A DNA stretch of 64,000 nt from an uncultured delta proteobacterium. GTDB taxonomy: Bacteria; Desulfobacterota; Desulfobacteria; Desulfobacterales; JAFDCJ01. The notes beneath the pieces were generated by a model. It did no database searches, had not been told where the DNA came from, and worked only from the letters and a program-made list of their open reading frames with translations. The position numbers and the translations under genes are program-made. Shown one piece after another: positions 50,324-61,605 of this stretch (positions are counted from its first letter, which is position 1; every line of letters starts with the position of its first letter). Location: positions 64,001 through 128,000 of the forward strand of contig CAVYNY010000013.1 in the NCBI GenBank assembly GCA_963769935.1, written 5' to 3'.

Positions 50324-53300
50324 ATGAAAGATACCGACACTCTCGCTGAAGAAGCAATCCGGCTGGCCACCCGCTGGCAGAATCGCGCCAACGAACTGCA
50401 GACTCCTCAGGAAAAGACACGCCACCGCAAATTCGAACGGCTGTTTACCAACCCCAGGGATAAAGTCATTCTGACCCGGATGATCGATCAGAGTTTTCGA
50501 ACTGCCAATAGACGGCGCGTGGCCGACCAGATCCATTATTTGCTGACCGCCTATGGAATCCCCTCTTTTTTTTCACTCCCCGAAAAGATTCTCATGCACC
50601 TTTTCATCCATGCCGGACGCTACCTGCCCGGGATTAGCGTGCCCCGCATCATCAACAAAATGCGGCAGGACAGCAGCCACATGATCATACCGGGTGAACG
50701 CGAAGCCCTAATGGCTTTTTTACGGAAACGCAGGCGCCAGGGAATTAAAATCAATATCAATCATATCGGCGAGGAGGTGCAGGGAGAGGAAGAGGCCGCT
50801 TCCCGTATGGATTTGTATCTGTCTGACCTCCAAAATCCGGCTGTGGAACACATCTCCATCAAAATTTCAACCATCTTTTCCCAGATTCAGCCGCTGGCGT
50901 TCGACCATACCGTGGATGTCCTGCAAAAACGCCTATCAACGCTTTATCGAACCGCGGCTGAAAATAAATTTGTACGCCAGGACGGCACCCGGATGCAAAA
51001 ATTTGTGCATCTGGACATGGAAGCGTACCGCGATCTGGCCATCACCGCCGAAGCCTTCATCCGCACGCTGGATCAGGCGGAATTTAAAAACTTTACCGCC
51101 GGCATGGCCCTGCAGGCCTATCTGCCCGACTCCTACCATATCCTGCGGGAAATTACCGCCTGGGCGCGCCGGCGCGTGGCCGGCGGCGGCAGCCCTGTTA
51201 AGATTCGCATCGTCAAAGGGGCCAACATGGAGATGGAGCAGGTTGAAGCGGCTTTGTACGATTGGCCCCTGGCACCTTTCGACAGCAAGGTGGAAACGGA
51301 TGCCAGCTGGAAGCGCATGGTTGATTTCGGCATGCAGCCTGAAAACATAAACGCCGTGCGGCTGGGAATCGCTTCGCACAATCTGTTTGACATCGCCTAT
51401 GCCTATCTGCGGGCCCGGGAAAACGGGGTCACCGACTATTTTACCTTTGAAATGATCGAGGGCATGGCCAATCATGTACGCCGCACCATCCAGGAGACCG
51501 GCCGGGAAATGGTGGTGTATGCGCCGGTGGCCACCCAAAAACAGTTCATTCACGCCATCGCCTACCTGATACGACGCCTGGATGAAAACACGGGCCCTGA
51601 AAATTTTCTGCGCCATTTAAACCAGCTGCAAACCAAAACCAGCTCCTGGGAGTTTTTAACGGATCACTTCAAATCATCCATCCGGCACAAGAGCCGGCCC
51701 CCGGCCCAGCCGCACCGCATCCAGAACCGGCTCACCGAAAAATTTCCGGACAAAATGGGCACCTACCATGAGGCCAACTTTAAAAACGAACCGAATACGG
51801 ATTGGTCGCTGGCCGCCAATCGGAAATGGGCGGATGAAATTCGACGCAAATGGAAAAAAGGTCCCCAGGACAAGCCAATGGAAATCCCGCTGGTGGTCGC
51901 CGCCAAAGAAATCTTTAACGGCCGGCGGATCCGGGAGATTATCGACCCTTCCCAAATTAACCGGAAAATCGTGGTCGCCCGCTTTGCCCTGGCCAATGCG
52001 CAGGATATTGAAAAAGCCGTTGCGATCGCCCATGAGGACGCGGACGGCTGGCGCCGCAAAACCCACCGGCAGCGTCACAGGATTCTCTCCCTGGCAGCCC
52101 ATGGAACTGCGCAAGGCGCGCGGAGACCTGATCGGGGCCGCAGCAGCCAATACCGGCAAGATTTTTACCGAGGCCGATGTGGAAGTATCCGAGGCGGTGG
52201 ACTTCACCGAATACTATCCTCACTCCGCCGCGGATTTTTTTGGAATAAGCCATACCCGCTGCCGCGGTAAAGGCGTCGGGGTGGTGATTTCACCCTGGAA
52301 CTTTCCGATTGCCATTCCCTGCGGGGGGATTGCAGCCGCGCTGGCAGCCGGCAACACCGTGATTTTCAAACCTTCATCCGATGCGGTCCTGGTGGCCTGG
52401 GAGGTGTGCCGCTGTTTCTGGCGCGCCGGCGTGCCCCAAACGGTCCTGCAATTTCTGCCCTGCGCCGGCGCCGACACCGCGGTCAGGCTCACCGGCCATC
52501 CGAAGGTGGACTTTATAATCCTGACCGGCGGCACGTCAACCGGGCTCGCCATTTTAAAGCAGCGGCCCGATATCTTTCTGGCGGCTGAAACCGGCGGCAA
52601 AAATGCCGTCATCGTCACCGACATGTCCGACCGCGATCAGGCCCTCAGCGATGTCATTTATTCGGCTTTCGGCAACAGCGGCCAAAAATGCTCGGCCACG
52701 TCGCTGCTTATCCTCGAACCCGAAGTCTATCAAGATTCAGGCTTTAAACGCCAGCTGGTCGACGCCGCCCGCAGCTGGGGTACCGGATCGGCATGGGATT
52801 TTTCCAATAAGATGGGGCCGTTGATTCAACCGCCGCGGAAAGATCTGGCCAAAGCGCTGACGGAATTGGAAGCCGGTGAATCCTGGGCGTTGAAACCCGA
52901 CAATATTGAAGACAACCCTCATTTGTGGACGCCGGGAATCAAGTGGGATGTCAGACCGGGAAGCTACACCCATATGACGGAATTCTTTGGACCGCTGCTG
53001 GCAGTTATGCGGGCCAAAGATCTCAAGCAGGCCGTTGAAATGGTCAATCAGACCGGATACGGCCTGACCTCGGGCCTCGAAAGCCTGGATCGGCGCGAGC
53101 AGGACTACTGGAAGTTGCACATCAAAGCCGGCAACCTGTATATCAATCGGGGCACGACCGGCGCGGTTACCCTGCGCCAGCCCTTCGGCGGGATGGGAAA
53201 ATCCGCCTTGGGAGCCGGCATCAAAGCCGGCAGTCCGAAGTATGTGGCGCAGTTTATGGCGTATGAGGAAAGCGGGCTGCCGGCGGTGGGGCCCGTTGCA

Positions 53301-53921
53301 AAATCTCATCCATTGCTCAAACTGGTGCAGCAATGGCAGCGTAAACTGGACTGGGGCGGATTTCAGGGGATCGAGTCGGACATACAAAAGAGCATTCGGG
53401 CCGTTAAAAGCTACCTCTACCATGTCGAAGCGGAGTTCTCCCGCGATATTGATTACTTTCACCTGCGCGGCCAGGACAACATCCTGCACTATCTGCCGGT
53501 GGGCAAAATGGTCGTCAGGCTGCACGCAGACGACAGCCTGTTTGAGACATTGGCCAGGATTGCGGCCGTAAAAATAACCGGGTGCCGTCTGTGGATCAGC
53601 GTCCCCAAAGGATTGGACAATCCGGTCACCCGCTTTCTGCACGCCAAAGAAGGGCAGCGGCTGACCGCGAAGGCCCCGATTTTTTATGAGCTTGACCAGG
53701 ATATGCTGAAAAGCTTGCCGAGTATCGACCGGATCAGATACGCCGCTCCGGCCAGAGTTTCCCCGGAGGTATATGAGGCCGCGGCAGCCAGCGGCTTCTA
53801 TATCGCCCGCACGCCCGTCATGATGGACGGGCGCCTCGAACTTTTGCAATACTACCGCCAGCAAAGCATTTGCCACAACTACCATCGCTACGGCAACCTC
53901 GGCGAACGCGCCCTGGAATGA
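50324..53921 (+). CDS. putA: Bifunctional proline dehydrogenase / P5C dehydrogenase with a +1 indel at 52098-52100
   Basis: LDMEAY, RIVKGAN, ASHN and YLIRRLDEN (PRODH); SPWNFP, AETGGKN, SGQKCSA, EFFGP and RQPFGG (P5CDH). Repaired length 1198 aa. Confidence 0.92.
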
Positions 53922-53943
53922 AAGGCGGGTGATACTTCATGAC

Positions 53944-53972
53944 TTGACATCCCAGCCGGTTTTGGCCATACT
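53944..53972 (+). promoter_or_regulatory. Sigma-70 promoter candidate for the phosphoribosyltransferase gene
   Basis: TTGACA-N17-CATACT. Confidence 0.6.
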
Positions 53973-54202
53973 CCGAATTCTCTAGCGAAACCGTTCAGGG
54001 GTTCAAAAGCTGAATGCTCATGCCGTAAGCCATCACGCCGGCATGTGAATTTTCATAAAATATTTGCTGCGCTGCAAAGCAGGTCAGGCCGAACCATCAA
54101 CCCTGCGTGTGGGGTCGAAGCCCGAAGGGCGGATCCCCAAACCCTGGACCTTTGAATCCAGAAGACCTGAATATTTGAACCCATAAAAAAGGAAATCCGG
54201 TT

Positions 54203-55414
54203 ATGCCAAACCATCTGGATGCCCATATATTTGATCTACCCGTCCAGGAACTGCGCCGTGGATATCTCAGCGATATTTATTTCTGGCGCGAGAAGATCAC
54301 CCTTGAAAAGCACAATCTGCACCCTGAAGTAACCATGCAGGTATTTCAAAAAAAAGACGCCGTACTGTGCGGGGTGGATGAAGCCGTGGCCGTGCTCAAG
54401 CTGGCGGCCGGCGAATATACGGATTACGAGAAGGCTTATAAGTTGTTCGATAGGCTGATTGAGCTCAAAATCAATGCCCGCCGGCAATTTCTCGGCAATC
54501 ACAAGGCCTATCTCAGGGACATCGAACAGAAGATGGAAGTTTCAAAGCAGCTGGACGAATTGTGGGAAAGCGGTTTCGAAAAGCTGAAAGTTGAAACCCT
54601 GTACGATGGTGCGCACATCTCACCCTGGGAATCGGTGATGCACATTACCGGAGACGCCGGCCTTTTTGCCCATCTGGAGACGGTCTATCTGGGCATTCTG
54701 GCGCGCCGCACCAAGATTGCCAGCAATGTCCGCAGCGTGGTGGCGGCGGCCAACGGCAAGATCGTGCTTTACTTTCCAGCCCGCTTCGATCATTGGGCCT
54801 TGCAGGGCGGCGATGGGTATGCGGCGCACATCGGCGGCGCCACCGGTGTTTCCACCGACGCCCAGGCCCAGTGGTGGGGTGCCAAGGCCTCCGGCACGGT
54901 GCCTCACGCATTGATCGCAGCCGTCGGCGGCGATACGGTAAGGGCCATAACGCTTTTCGGTGAGACCTATCCCGAGGTTGATCTGGTGGCCCTGGTGGAT
55001 TTCGACAACGACTGTGTCGGCACGGCTTTAAAATGCTGTGAAGCTCTGGGAGACAGGCTCTGGGGCGTGAGGCTGGATACATCCAACACTCTGGTGGACA
55101 AGTCCATTATCCCGGTCATGCAAAACTTCAACCCGACCGGAGTCACCCCCCGTCTGGTGGAAATGACGCGTAAGACATTGGACCAGCACGGCTTTAATCA
55201 TGTCAAAATCATTGTGTCCGGCGGATTCAATCCGGACCGCATCGCCGAGTTTGAGAAACTGCAGGTGCCGGTGGATGCCTACGGAGTGGGCAGCTACCTG
55301 ATGCGCGGCGTCAACGCCTTTACCGCTGATGTTGTTCTGCTGGAAGGCAAGCCCTGCGCCAAGGTCGGCAGGAAGTATAGTCCGAATCCACGTCTGGAAT
55401 TGGTGCGATTCTAG
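54203..55414 (+). CDS. pncB: Nicotinate phosphoribosyltransferase (NAPRTase/QAPRTase type II PRTase family)
   Basis: SDIYF, GTVPHAL, LVDFDND, GVRLDTS, IVSGG, YGVGS and AKVGR; nicotinamidase gene nearby. Confidence 0.78.
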   Translation: MPNHLDAHIFDLPVQELRRGYLSDIYFWREKITLEKHNLHPEVTMQVFQKKDAVLCGVDEAVAVLKLAAGEYTDYEKAYKLFDRLIELKINARRQFLGNHKAYLRDIEQKMEVSKQLDELWESGFEKLKVETLYDGAHISPWESVMHITGDAGLFAHLETVYLGILARRTKIASNVRSVVAAANGKIVLYFPARFDHWALQGGDGYAAHIGGATGVSTDAQAQWWGAKASGTVPHALIAAVGGDTVRAITLFGETYPEVDLVALVDFDNDCVGTALKCCEALGDRLWGVRLDTSNTLVDKSIIPVMQNFNPTGVTPRLVEMTRKTLDQHGFNHVKIIVSGGFNPDRIAEFEKLQVPVDAYGVGSYLMRGVNAFTADVVLLEGKPCAKVGRKYSPNPRLELVRF

Positions 55415-55453
55415 AATGAAGGATCGACATCGTCCCAGCCTCGGAAATTCCGA

Positions 55454-56173
55454 TTAAAGCGCACAGTATCTTTCATAAACCACATCTGAGAGTGCATCGA
55501 TCGTACTTTCGTGGCGGATAGCGCCGTGATGGATGAGATAGGCGCGGTTGCAAATAGACCTGGCAAAGTTTAAATTTTGTTCGGCCAGCAGAATCGACAC
55601 GCCCTCATTCTTAAGTTTTTGAATCATCAGCGCCAGCTGATCGACGATGACGGGGGCAAGTCCCTCGGAAGGTTCATCCATGATAATCATTTCAGGGTTG
55701 CCCATGAGGGTGCGGGCAATGGTCAGCATCTGCTGCTCGCCGCCGCTGAGGGTTCTCCCGATCCGGGTGCGTCGCTCAGCCAGATTGGGAAACAATTCAA
55801 ACAACCTCTCCGGATTCCAGGGCTCATAACCTTTCCTGGCAGGCTGCCGGCCCACCTCCAGATTTTCCAAAATGGTGAGGCCGCTGAAAATGCGCCGATC
55901 TTCCGGCACATAACCAAGCCCCAGAGCACAGATCTTAAATGGGGGCAATTTCTCGATCGCCCGTCCTTGATATATTATTTTTCCGCTCTTGGGCGGCACG
56001 ATTCCCATAATACTTTTGAAAGTAGTGGTCTTGCCGGCACCGTTGCGGCCGAGCAGCACGACAACCTCACCCTGTGTGATTTCAAATTCCAGGTTGAATA
56101 GAATTTGGGCTTTTCCGTAAAACGTGTTCAACCCGCTAACCTGAAGGATTTTACCATTTGGCATGACTGCCAT
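55454..56173 (-). CDS. Liv-type ABC transporter ATPase (LivF-like)
   Basis: GRNGAGKTT, VPEDRRIF, LSGGEQQML and DEPSEGLAP. Confidence 0.92.
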   Translation of the reverse strand: MAVMPNGKILQVSGLNTFYGKAQILFNLEFEITQGEVVVLLGRNGAGKTTTFKSIMGIVPPKSGKIIYQGRAIEKLPPFKICALGLGYVPEDRRIFSGLTILENLEVGRQPARKGYEPWNPERLFELFPNLAERRTRIGRTLSGGEQQMLTIARTLMGNPEMIIMDEPSEGLAPVIVDQLALMIQKLKNEGVSILLAEQNLNFARSICNRAYLIHHGAIRHESTIDALSDVVYERYCAL

Positions 56174-56197
56174 AGTTTAGAACGCCTCGCTTTTTGA

Positions 56198-56474
56198 AGA
56201 AAGAAGTTGAGAAGTTGGGAAGTTGAGCAAAAAGACAATAAAAAAACATTTATTAATTGCTAGTCGAATATCACTGAACGGTCCGACAAATCTCATCAAG
56301 ACAATTCAATGGCGCCAACATCCAACCTCCCGGCATCTCAATCTCTCTACTTCTCAATTTCGTATCTTCCCGCTGTTGCATCAAAAGATAGACTTCCGGC
56401 CCTTCTGAACCGTGAACCCTGGGCCCAGAACCTCTGAACCCCTGAACAAATCCCTTTGCCCCCGGCCCCATGCC
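56198..56474. repeat. Composite degenerate 7/8-mer repeat elements between the two ATPase genes
   Basis: AGAAGTTG AGAAGTTG GGAAGTTG arm with inverse CAACATCCAACCTCCC...TCTCAAT, a (CCTCTGAAC)n tract and a CCCCATGCCC tract at the stop codon. Confidence 0.7.
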
Positions 56475-57221
56475 CTATGCCCTCTTACCCAGATAGATTT
56501 CCTGAACTTTCGGACTATTGCGAACTTCCGCCGGTGTGCCTTCAGCGACCAGCTCGCCCCGGTTGAGTACAATGATGCGATCGGCGTGGGTAAAAACAAC
56601 ATCCATGTCATGCTCGGTGAACAAAACACCGATGTTCCGGGTTCTAACGATATTGGTAGTCAATTTCATCAAGGCCCGGCGTTCGGCGGGACCCATACCG
56701 GCGGTCGGCTCATCCATCAGCAGGAGTTTGGGCCTGGTGGCCAGAGCGACGGCCAACTCAACCCGCTTTAAATCCCCGTAGGCCAGCACATCACAGGCCC
56801 TGTCATGCTGATCTTCGATTCCTACCATTTTGAGCAATTCCATGGATTCGTCGCTGTAAAGTTTGCGCACCCTGCTGAAAAAGGATTTGGTCTGCCGGTG
56901 GTAAGACAGCATCGCCATTTTTATATTCTCCAGCACGGTCATCGAGGCAAAGGTGGATGTGATCTGAAATGTTCGGCCCACTCCCAGTTGCCAGACCTGT
57001 CGCGGCCGGTGGCCGTTAATCTTTTTGCCCCTGATAACAATACTGCCGCGATCCGGCCGCAGCTGGCCGTTGATCAGGTTGAAACAGGTCGATTTGCCGG
57101 CGCCGTTCGGGCCGATCATCGCCAGCAACTGGCCTTCACTCAAATCAAAGCTTAAATTGTTGACGGCCTGCACCCCGCCAAACGATTTGGCAAGCTCATG
57201 TACTTCGAGTACTTTTGCCAT
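56475..57221 (-). CDS. Liv-type ABC transporter ATPase (LivG-like)
   Basis: GPNGAGKST, GRTFQ, LAYGDLKRVELA and DEPTAGM. Confidence 0.92.
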   Translation of the reverse strand: MAKVLEVHELAKSFGGVQAVNNLSFDLSEGQLLAMIGPNGAGKSTCFNLINGQLRPDRGSIVIRGKKINGHRPRQVWQLGVGRTFQITSTFASMTVLENIKMAMLSYHRQTKSFFSRVRKLYSDESMELLKMVGIEDQHDRACDVLAYGDLKRVELAVALATRPKLLLMDEPTAGMGPAERRALMKLTTNIVRTRNIGVLFTEHDMDVVFTHADRIIVLNRGELVAEGTPAEVRNSPKVQEIYLGKRA

Positions 57222-57396
57222 TGAGTGTTGTCACCTCATTTTGGAAGCTAAAAAAATTTTCGATTCTACAATCCCCAGTCCTGCTGCTCTGGAAAAATGC
57301 CTGAAATGCGCTAAAATGCCTAAAATTGTCGAGTCGTTGCACTCCGTCCTTCATTATATTGGTTGACACTTGGTAATTTGGAAACGATAGAATTCC

Positions 57397-59283
57397 TTAA
57401 TTCGTCATTCGAAATTCGACGCTCGACGTTCCCTCTTGGGTCTGGTCGGCAAAATACTTGCCGAAGCGGTTGTAAATCCCGCCGACAATCCCCTGGGGGA
57501 ACACCGCTACCAGAAAAATAAAAATAAACCCTAAAATGAGCTGCCAGAAATCGAGCCGTGAAATCTTGTCGTACAGCCAGGTGTAGGCCGCTGATCCGAC
57601 AACCGGTCCGAACAAGGTTTTAACGCCGCCCAACAACACCATGTACAGGAAGTCAAAAGAACGCGGAATGGCCATTTCATCCGGGAAGACACTGCCTTTG
57701 GAAAACACGTAGATACCACCGGCCAATCCGGCGAAGATTCCGGCGACAATAAACGCCAGCCATTGGTGCCGGCGCATGTTAATCCCGATGGAATCCGCCC
57801 GCAGGGCCGAGTCGCGACAGGCGCGCATCGTATAACCGAACGGCGTAAAAACAAGATACCGCAGTGCCAGGATGCCCCCGCTGCACAACACAACGGTAAG
57901 GTAATAAAAAACGATTTTACTGTCGGCCCATTGCGAGGGCCAGATACTTAAAATACCATCGTCTCCACCGGTAAATTCACCCCATTGAAACACAATCGAC
58001 CAGCAGATTTGCGCAAAGGCCAGAGTCAGCATGGCAAAATATATTCCGGACAGCCGCACGCAGAACCAGCCGATAATCAACGCCAACAGTCCGGTCAGCA
58101 GGGGCGCCAACAGCAGGGCCAACTCCATCGGGCTTTGGACATAATGCACCATCAGGGCGGCGGCATACGCGCCACCCCCGAAAAAGGCGGCGTGCCCGAA
58201 TGAGACCATACCTCCCGGTCCGAACAGGAAATACACACTCATGCTGGCCAGTGCAAAGATGGCGATCTCGGTAATCAAAATCAGCTGAAACGTACTCGCA
58301 AACATGGGCATCAGCAGGATCAGAATCAATAAAGCCAGACCGAGAAGCCTCAGCCGGGCCGAGGCCGGCCGCAGCAGGGACCCGGCCCCGTTGGGGGAGC
58401 TATGTGCATGGGCTTCGGCCTTGCCCAGCAGACCATGCGGCCGAATGACCAGCACCACGGCCATTACCAGAAACATCAGAACCAGTGTGCTGGCCGGAAA
58501 AACCAAAACCCCGAATGAACTGAGCTCTCCGATGATGACGGCTGCCAGGTAAGCCCCGAAGATGCTGCCCATGCCTCCTACCACCACAACCACAAAGGCG
58601 GTGGCAATCACATTTAAATCCATTAGAAGATCTGCACCCCCCTTCGGCAGCTGCAGCGCCCCCCCCAGTCCGGCTAAAAAAGAACCCAGGAAAAATACGC
58701 CGGTAAACAGCCGGGTTTGATTTACCCCCAGAGCATCGGACATCTCCCGGTCTTCGGTGGCGGCGCGCACGAGAATACCCCACCGCGTTCGATTCAATAG
58801 CAGCCACAGCCCGCCGAGAATCAGCGGGGCAATGATGATCAGCGCCAGATCGTACTGCGGCTGCAAGGCTCCCATAATGTCAATGCTGCCCTTTAGACCC
58901 GGCGCTCTTGGCCCCAGCAGGTCTTCGGCGCCGAACAGCCAGCGGGACAGATCCTGAAGAATTAAGACGATCCCGAAGGTGGCCAAGAGAATAAAAAGCT
59001 CGGGTGCCTGGTACAAACGCCTCAATAATAACACCTCCACAATGACCCCGATCAAACCCACCACCAGGGCCGCCAGCAGGATGCTGCCCCAGAATGGCAC
59101 AATGCCCGGCGGGAAATAGGCAATCAGGTAGTAAGCCAAATACGCGCCTACCATGTAAAAAGAGCCGTGGGCCAGATTGACGATGCGGGAGACGCCAAAA
59201 ATAAGAGACAAACCGCAGGCCACAAGAAACAGGCCGGAGGCAGCCGATAAGCCGGTGAGAAATTGTACAACGTAAAAGCCCAC
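57397..59283 (-). CDS. Fused LivH-LivM type ABC permease
   Basis: GLSLIFGVSRIVNLAHGSF (LivH half); GMVSFGHAAF and GIYFAMLTLAF (LivM half); 628 aa. Confidence 0.92.
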   Translation of the reverse strand: MGFYVVQFLTGLSAASGLFLVACGLSLIFGVSRIVNLAHGSFYMVGAYLAYYLIAYFPPGIVPFWGSILLAALVVGLIGVIVEVLLLRRLYQAPELFILLATFGIVLILQDLSRWLFGAEDLLGPRAPGLKGSIDIMGALQPQYDLALIIIAPLILGGLWLLLNRTRWGILVRAATEDREMSDALGVNQTRLFTGVFFLGSFLAGLGGALQLPKGGADLLMDLNVIATAFVVVVVGGMGSIFGAYLAAVIIGELSSFGVLVFPASTLVLMFLVMAVVLVIRPHGLLGKAEAHAHSSPNGAGSLLRPASARLRLLGLALLILILLMPMFASTFQLILITEIAIFALASMSVYFLFGPGGMVSFGHAAFFGGGAYAAALMVHYVQSPMELALLLAPLLTGLLALIIGWFCVRLSGIYFAMLTLAFAQICWSIVFQWGEFTGGDDGILSIWPSQWADSKIVFYYLTVVLCSGGILALRYLVFTPFGYTMRACRDSALRADSIGINMRRHQWLAFIVAGIFAGLAGGIYVFSKGSVFPDEMAIPRSFDFLYMVLLGGVKTLFGPVVGSAAYTWLYDKISRLDFWQLILGFIFIFLVAVFPQGIVGGIYNRFGKYFADQTQEGTSSVEFRMTN

Positions 59284-59492
59284 TATGCCTATATCCTAAA
59301 ATCGCTTAGGGGTAGTACACCTTAATAAATAATTGATGATGACAGCGAACGGTCAGACGCCGGTTGTCCATGGTTCGTTGCGTAAGATATGGTGCAAATA
59401 TCCTATTTTAACCAACTGACAACGGACATTATTGAATTTCGATATCCGAATTTGAAAATGGGTGCGGTCCCTTAAACCAGGTCCGACTTCGA

Positions 59493-60704
59493 TTAGTCTT
59501 GCGGCCGCAATTTCATTACCTCGGCATCGCTGGGAAGATAATCTTTGCCGTCTTCATATTGCCAGTCAACCATAATGCCCTTGCCGTTTTTAAACGCTGT
59601 GTATCCCACCCATGCGCCCATGGTGGACTGGTGGTCGATTTTACGGTAGGTGATCGGTCCGATAATCGAATCGAAGGTCAGGCCTTCCATGGCATCCACC
59701 ATTTTCTCCGTATCGGTGCTGCCGGCCTTTTTCAACATGAAGTAAACGGACATCATGGTGTTATAACCCACTATCGATCCGGTGCGCGGATAATCCTTGA
59801 ACTTCTTCTGGTAAGCTTCGACAAACTTCACATGGGGCTGATCTTTGATGTCGTACCATGGATATCCCGTAACCAGCCACCCCTCCGGCGCTTCATCTTT
59901 CAGGGGATCGAGATATTCAGGTTCACCGGTCAATAAACTGACGACATATAAACCTTTAAAAAACCCTCTCAATTTGCCTTCCCGCACAAACTTGGCCAGG
60001 TCGCCGGCAAATGTGACGTTGTATAAGGCTTCCGGTTTGGCATCCGTCAGAGCCTGAATTTCGGCACCGGCATTGATTTTAAAAAGGGCCGGCCATTGCT
60101 CGGCTACAAATTCGACATCCGGGCGTTTGGCTTTCAGCACCGCTTGAAACGACTTTACGGCATCCTTGCCATAGGCATAGTTGGGGGCAATGGTCGCCCA
60201 GCGTTTGGCAGGATTTTTTGCGGCTTTCTCGGCCAGCATGGCTGCCTGCATGTAAGTCGAGGGGCGCAGCCGGAAGGTGTAGCGATTGCCATTTTCCCAT
60301 ACCAGGGCGTCTGAAAGCGGTTCAGCAGCGAGAAACAACACTTTGTTGCGTTTAGCAAAATCCGTTACGGCCAACCCGATGTGGGAAAAGTAGGTTCCCA
60401 TCAGCAGGAGGACTTTATCTCTCCGAACCAGCTCCTCGGCAACTGTGACGGCGGTTCCCGGTTTGCCGGCATCATCGCGGGAGATCACTTCAAGCTGCTT
60501 GCCCATGACACCGCCCGAGTTGTTGATTTCTTCAAGGGCGAGCTGCCAGCCGTTGCGGTAAGGGAAAGTAAAGTTGGTTAATTGGCTGTAGGTTTGAATC
60601 TCGCCGATCTTGATGGTGTCCGCAGCCAGAGCAGCAGAGCTTGCCCCCGCCACGAAAATCGAAACATAGGCTATGACAGCCCAAAAAACTTTTGTTGCTT
60701 TCAT
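59493..60704 (-). CDS. Liv-type (PBP1) ABC substrate-binding protein
   Basis: Signal peptide, IKIG, EINNSGGVMGK, RDDAG, YTFRLRP and NYAYG. Confidence 0.92.
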   Translation of the reverse strand: MKATKVFWAVIAYVSIFVAGASSAALAADTIKIGEIQTYSQLTNFTFPYRNGWQLALEEINNSGGVMGKQLEVISRDDAGKPGTAVTVAEELVRRDKVLLLMGTYFSHIGLAVTDFAKRNKVLFLAAEPLSDALVWENGNRYTFRLRPSTYMQAAMLAEKAAKNPAKRWATIAPNYAYGKDAVKSFQAVLKAKRPDVEFVAEQWPALFKINAGAEIQALTDAKPEALYNVTFAGDLAKFVREGKLRGFFKGLYVVSLLTGEPEYLDPLKDEAPEGWLVTGYPWYDIKDQPHVKFVEAYQKKFKDYPRTGSIVGYNTMMSVYFMLKKAGSTDTEKMVDAMEGLTFDSIIGPITYRKIDHQSTMGAWVGYTAFKNGKGIMVDWQYEDGKDYLPSDAEVMKLRPQD

Positions 60705-60718
60705 TTTCGCTACTCCTT

Positions 60719-61423
60719 TTACACATCCAATTCTGATTTAATCGTTATCCCTTTGGCTTTCATTTCTTCCAGAGCTTTGGCGGTTGTACCGGGTGCCACC
60801 CCTTTGCTCAAACCTTCTATGACGGAAACTTTGTACCCGGCATCCGCGGCATCGATCGCGGTTGCCTTGACGCAATAGTCGGTGGCAATACCGTAAACAA
60901 TCAGCGCTTTGATGCCGTTTTTTTGCAGGATTCGGTTCATTTCCGTTTTAGCGCCGCCATCATCCTGGAATCCGGAGTAGCTGTCATATAGCATGTCCTG
61001 GCCTTTTTTAACAATGGCCAGAAAGAGGTTGTTGTCGATCAGAACCCTGGCATTTTCAGTCCCCTGAACGCAATGCGGCGGCCAGAGCACCTGGGTTCTA
61101 TCTTCGATTTTAATTACGTCAAAGGGTTTTTTGCCCTCATGATTCGTAAAAAAGGACACATGATTTTCAGGGTGCCAGTCCTGGGTTCCGAAAATTGGGT
61201 AACCTTTTTCACTCAGCTCTACGGTTGCTTTTTGGACTTTATCGATAAAGACCTTATCGGTTCCGTCTACTGCAAGGGATCCGCTTTTGTAGGTGGCAAA
61301 GTCGCCCTGTACATCAACCACAATCACGCCGGTTTTCTGCTGCCCAAAGGACGCGGATGCATCTGAGAAATAATATAGGGTGACCATCACAGTGGCGACA
61401 ATAATTAAAATTAATCCTTCCAT
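60719..61423 (-). CDS. pncA: Nicotinamidase/pyrazinamidase with an N-terminal hydrophobic segment
   Basis: VVDVQGDF, TQDWHPENHVSF, LWPPHCVQGT, KKG, DSYSGF and GIATDYCV; RBS AGGAGG before ATG 61423. Confidence 0.9.
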   Translation of the reverse strand: MEGLILIIVATVMVTLYYFSDASASFGQQKTGVIVVDVQGDFATYKSGSLAVDGTDKVFIDKVQKATVELSEKGYPIFGTQDWHPENHVSFFTNHEGKKPFDVIKIEDRTQVLWPPHCVQGTENARVLIDNNLFLAIVKKGQDMLYDSYSGFQDDGGAKTEMNRILQKNGIKALIVYGIATDYCVKATAIDAADAGYKVSVIEGLSKGVAPGTTAKALEEMKAKGITIKSELDV

Positions 61424-61605
61424 TGCAATGCCTCCTGTTTTGAATTTTGGGTTGGAAAAACTCCGGGCTTCAACATTGTTCACTGTGGCCGGTGATCCGT
61501 AAATTCTATACTAAAGAGCTGCTTCAAAGGTCAATTAAAATTAAAATCTCCTTGAATAGTTTACTCGTTGGGATAGTTGTTTGGGGAAATTATAAATATA
61601 ATTGT

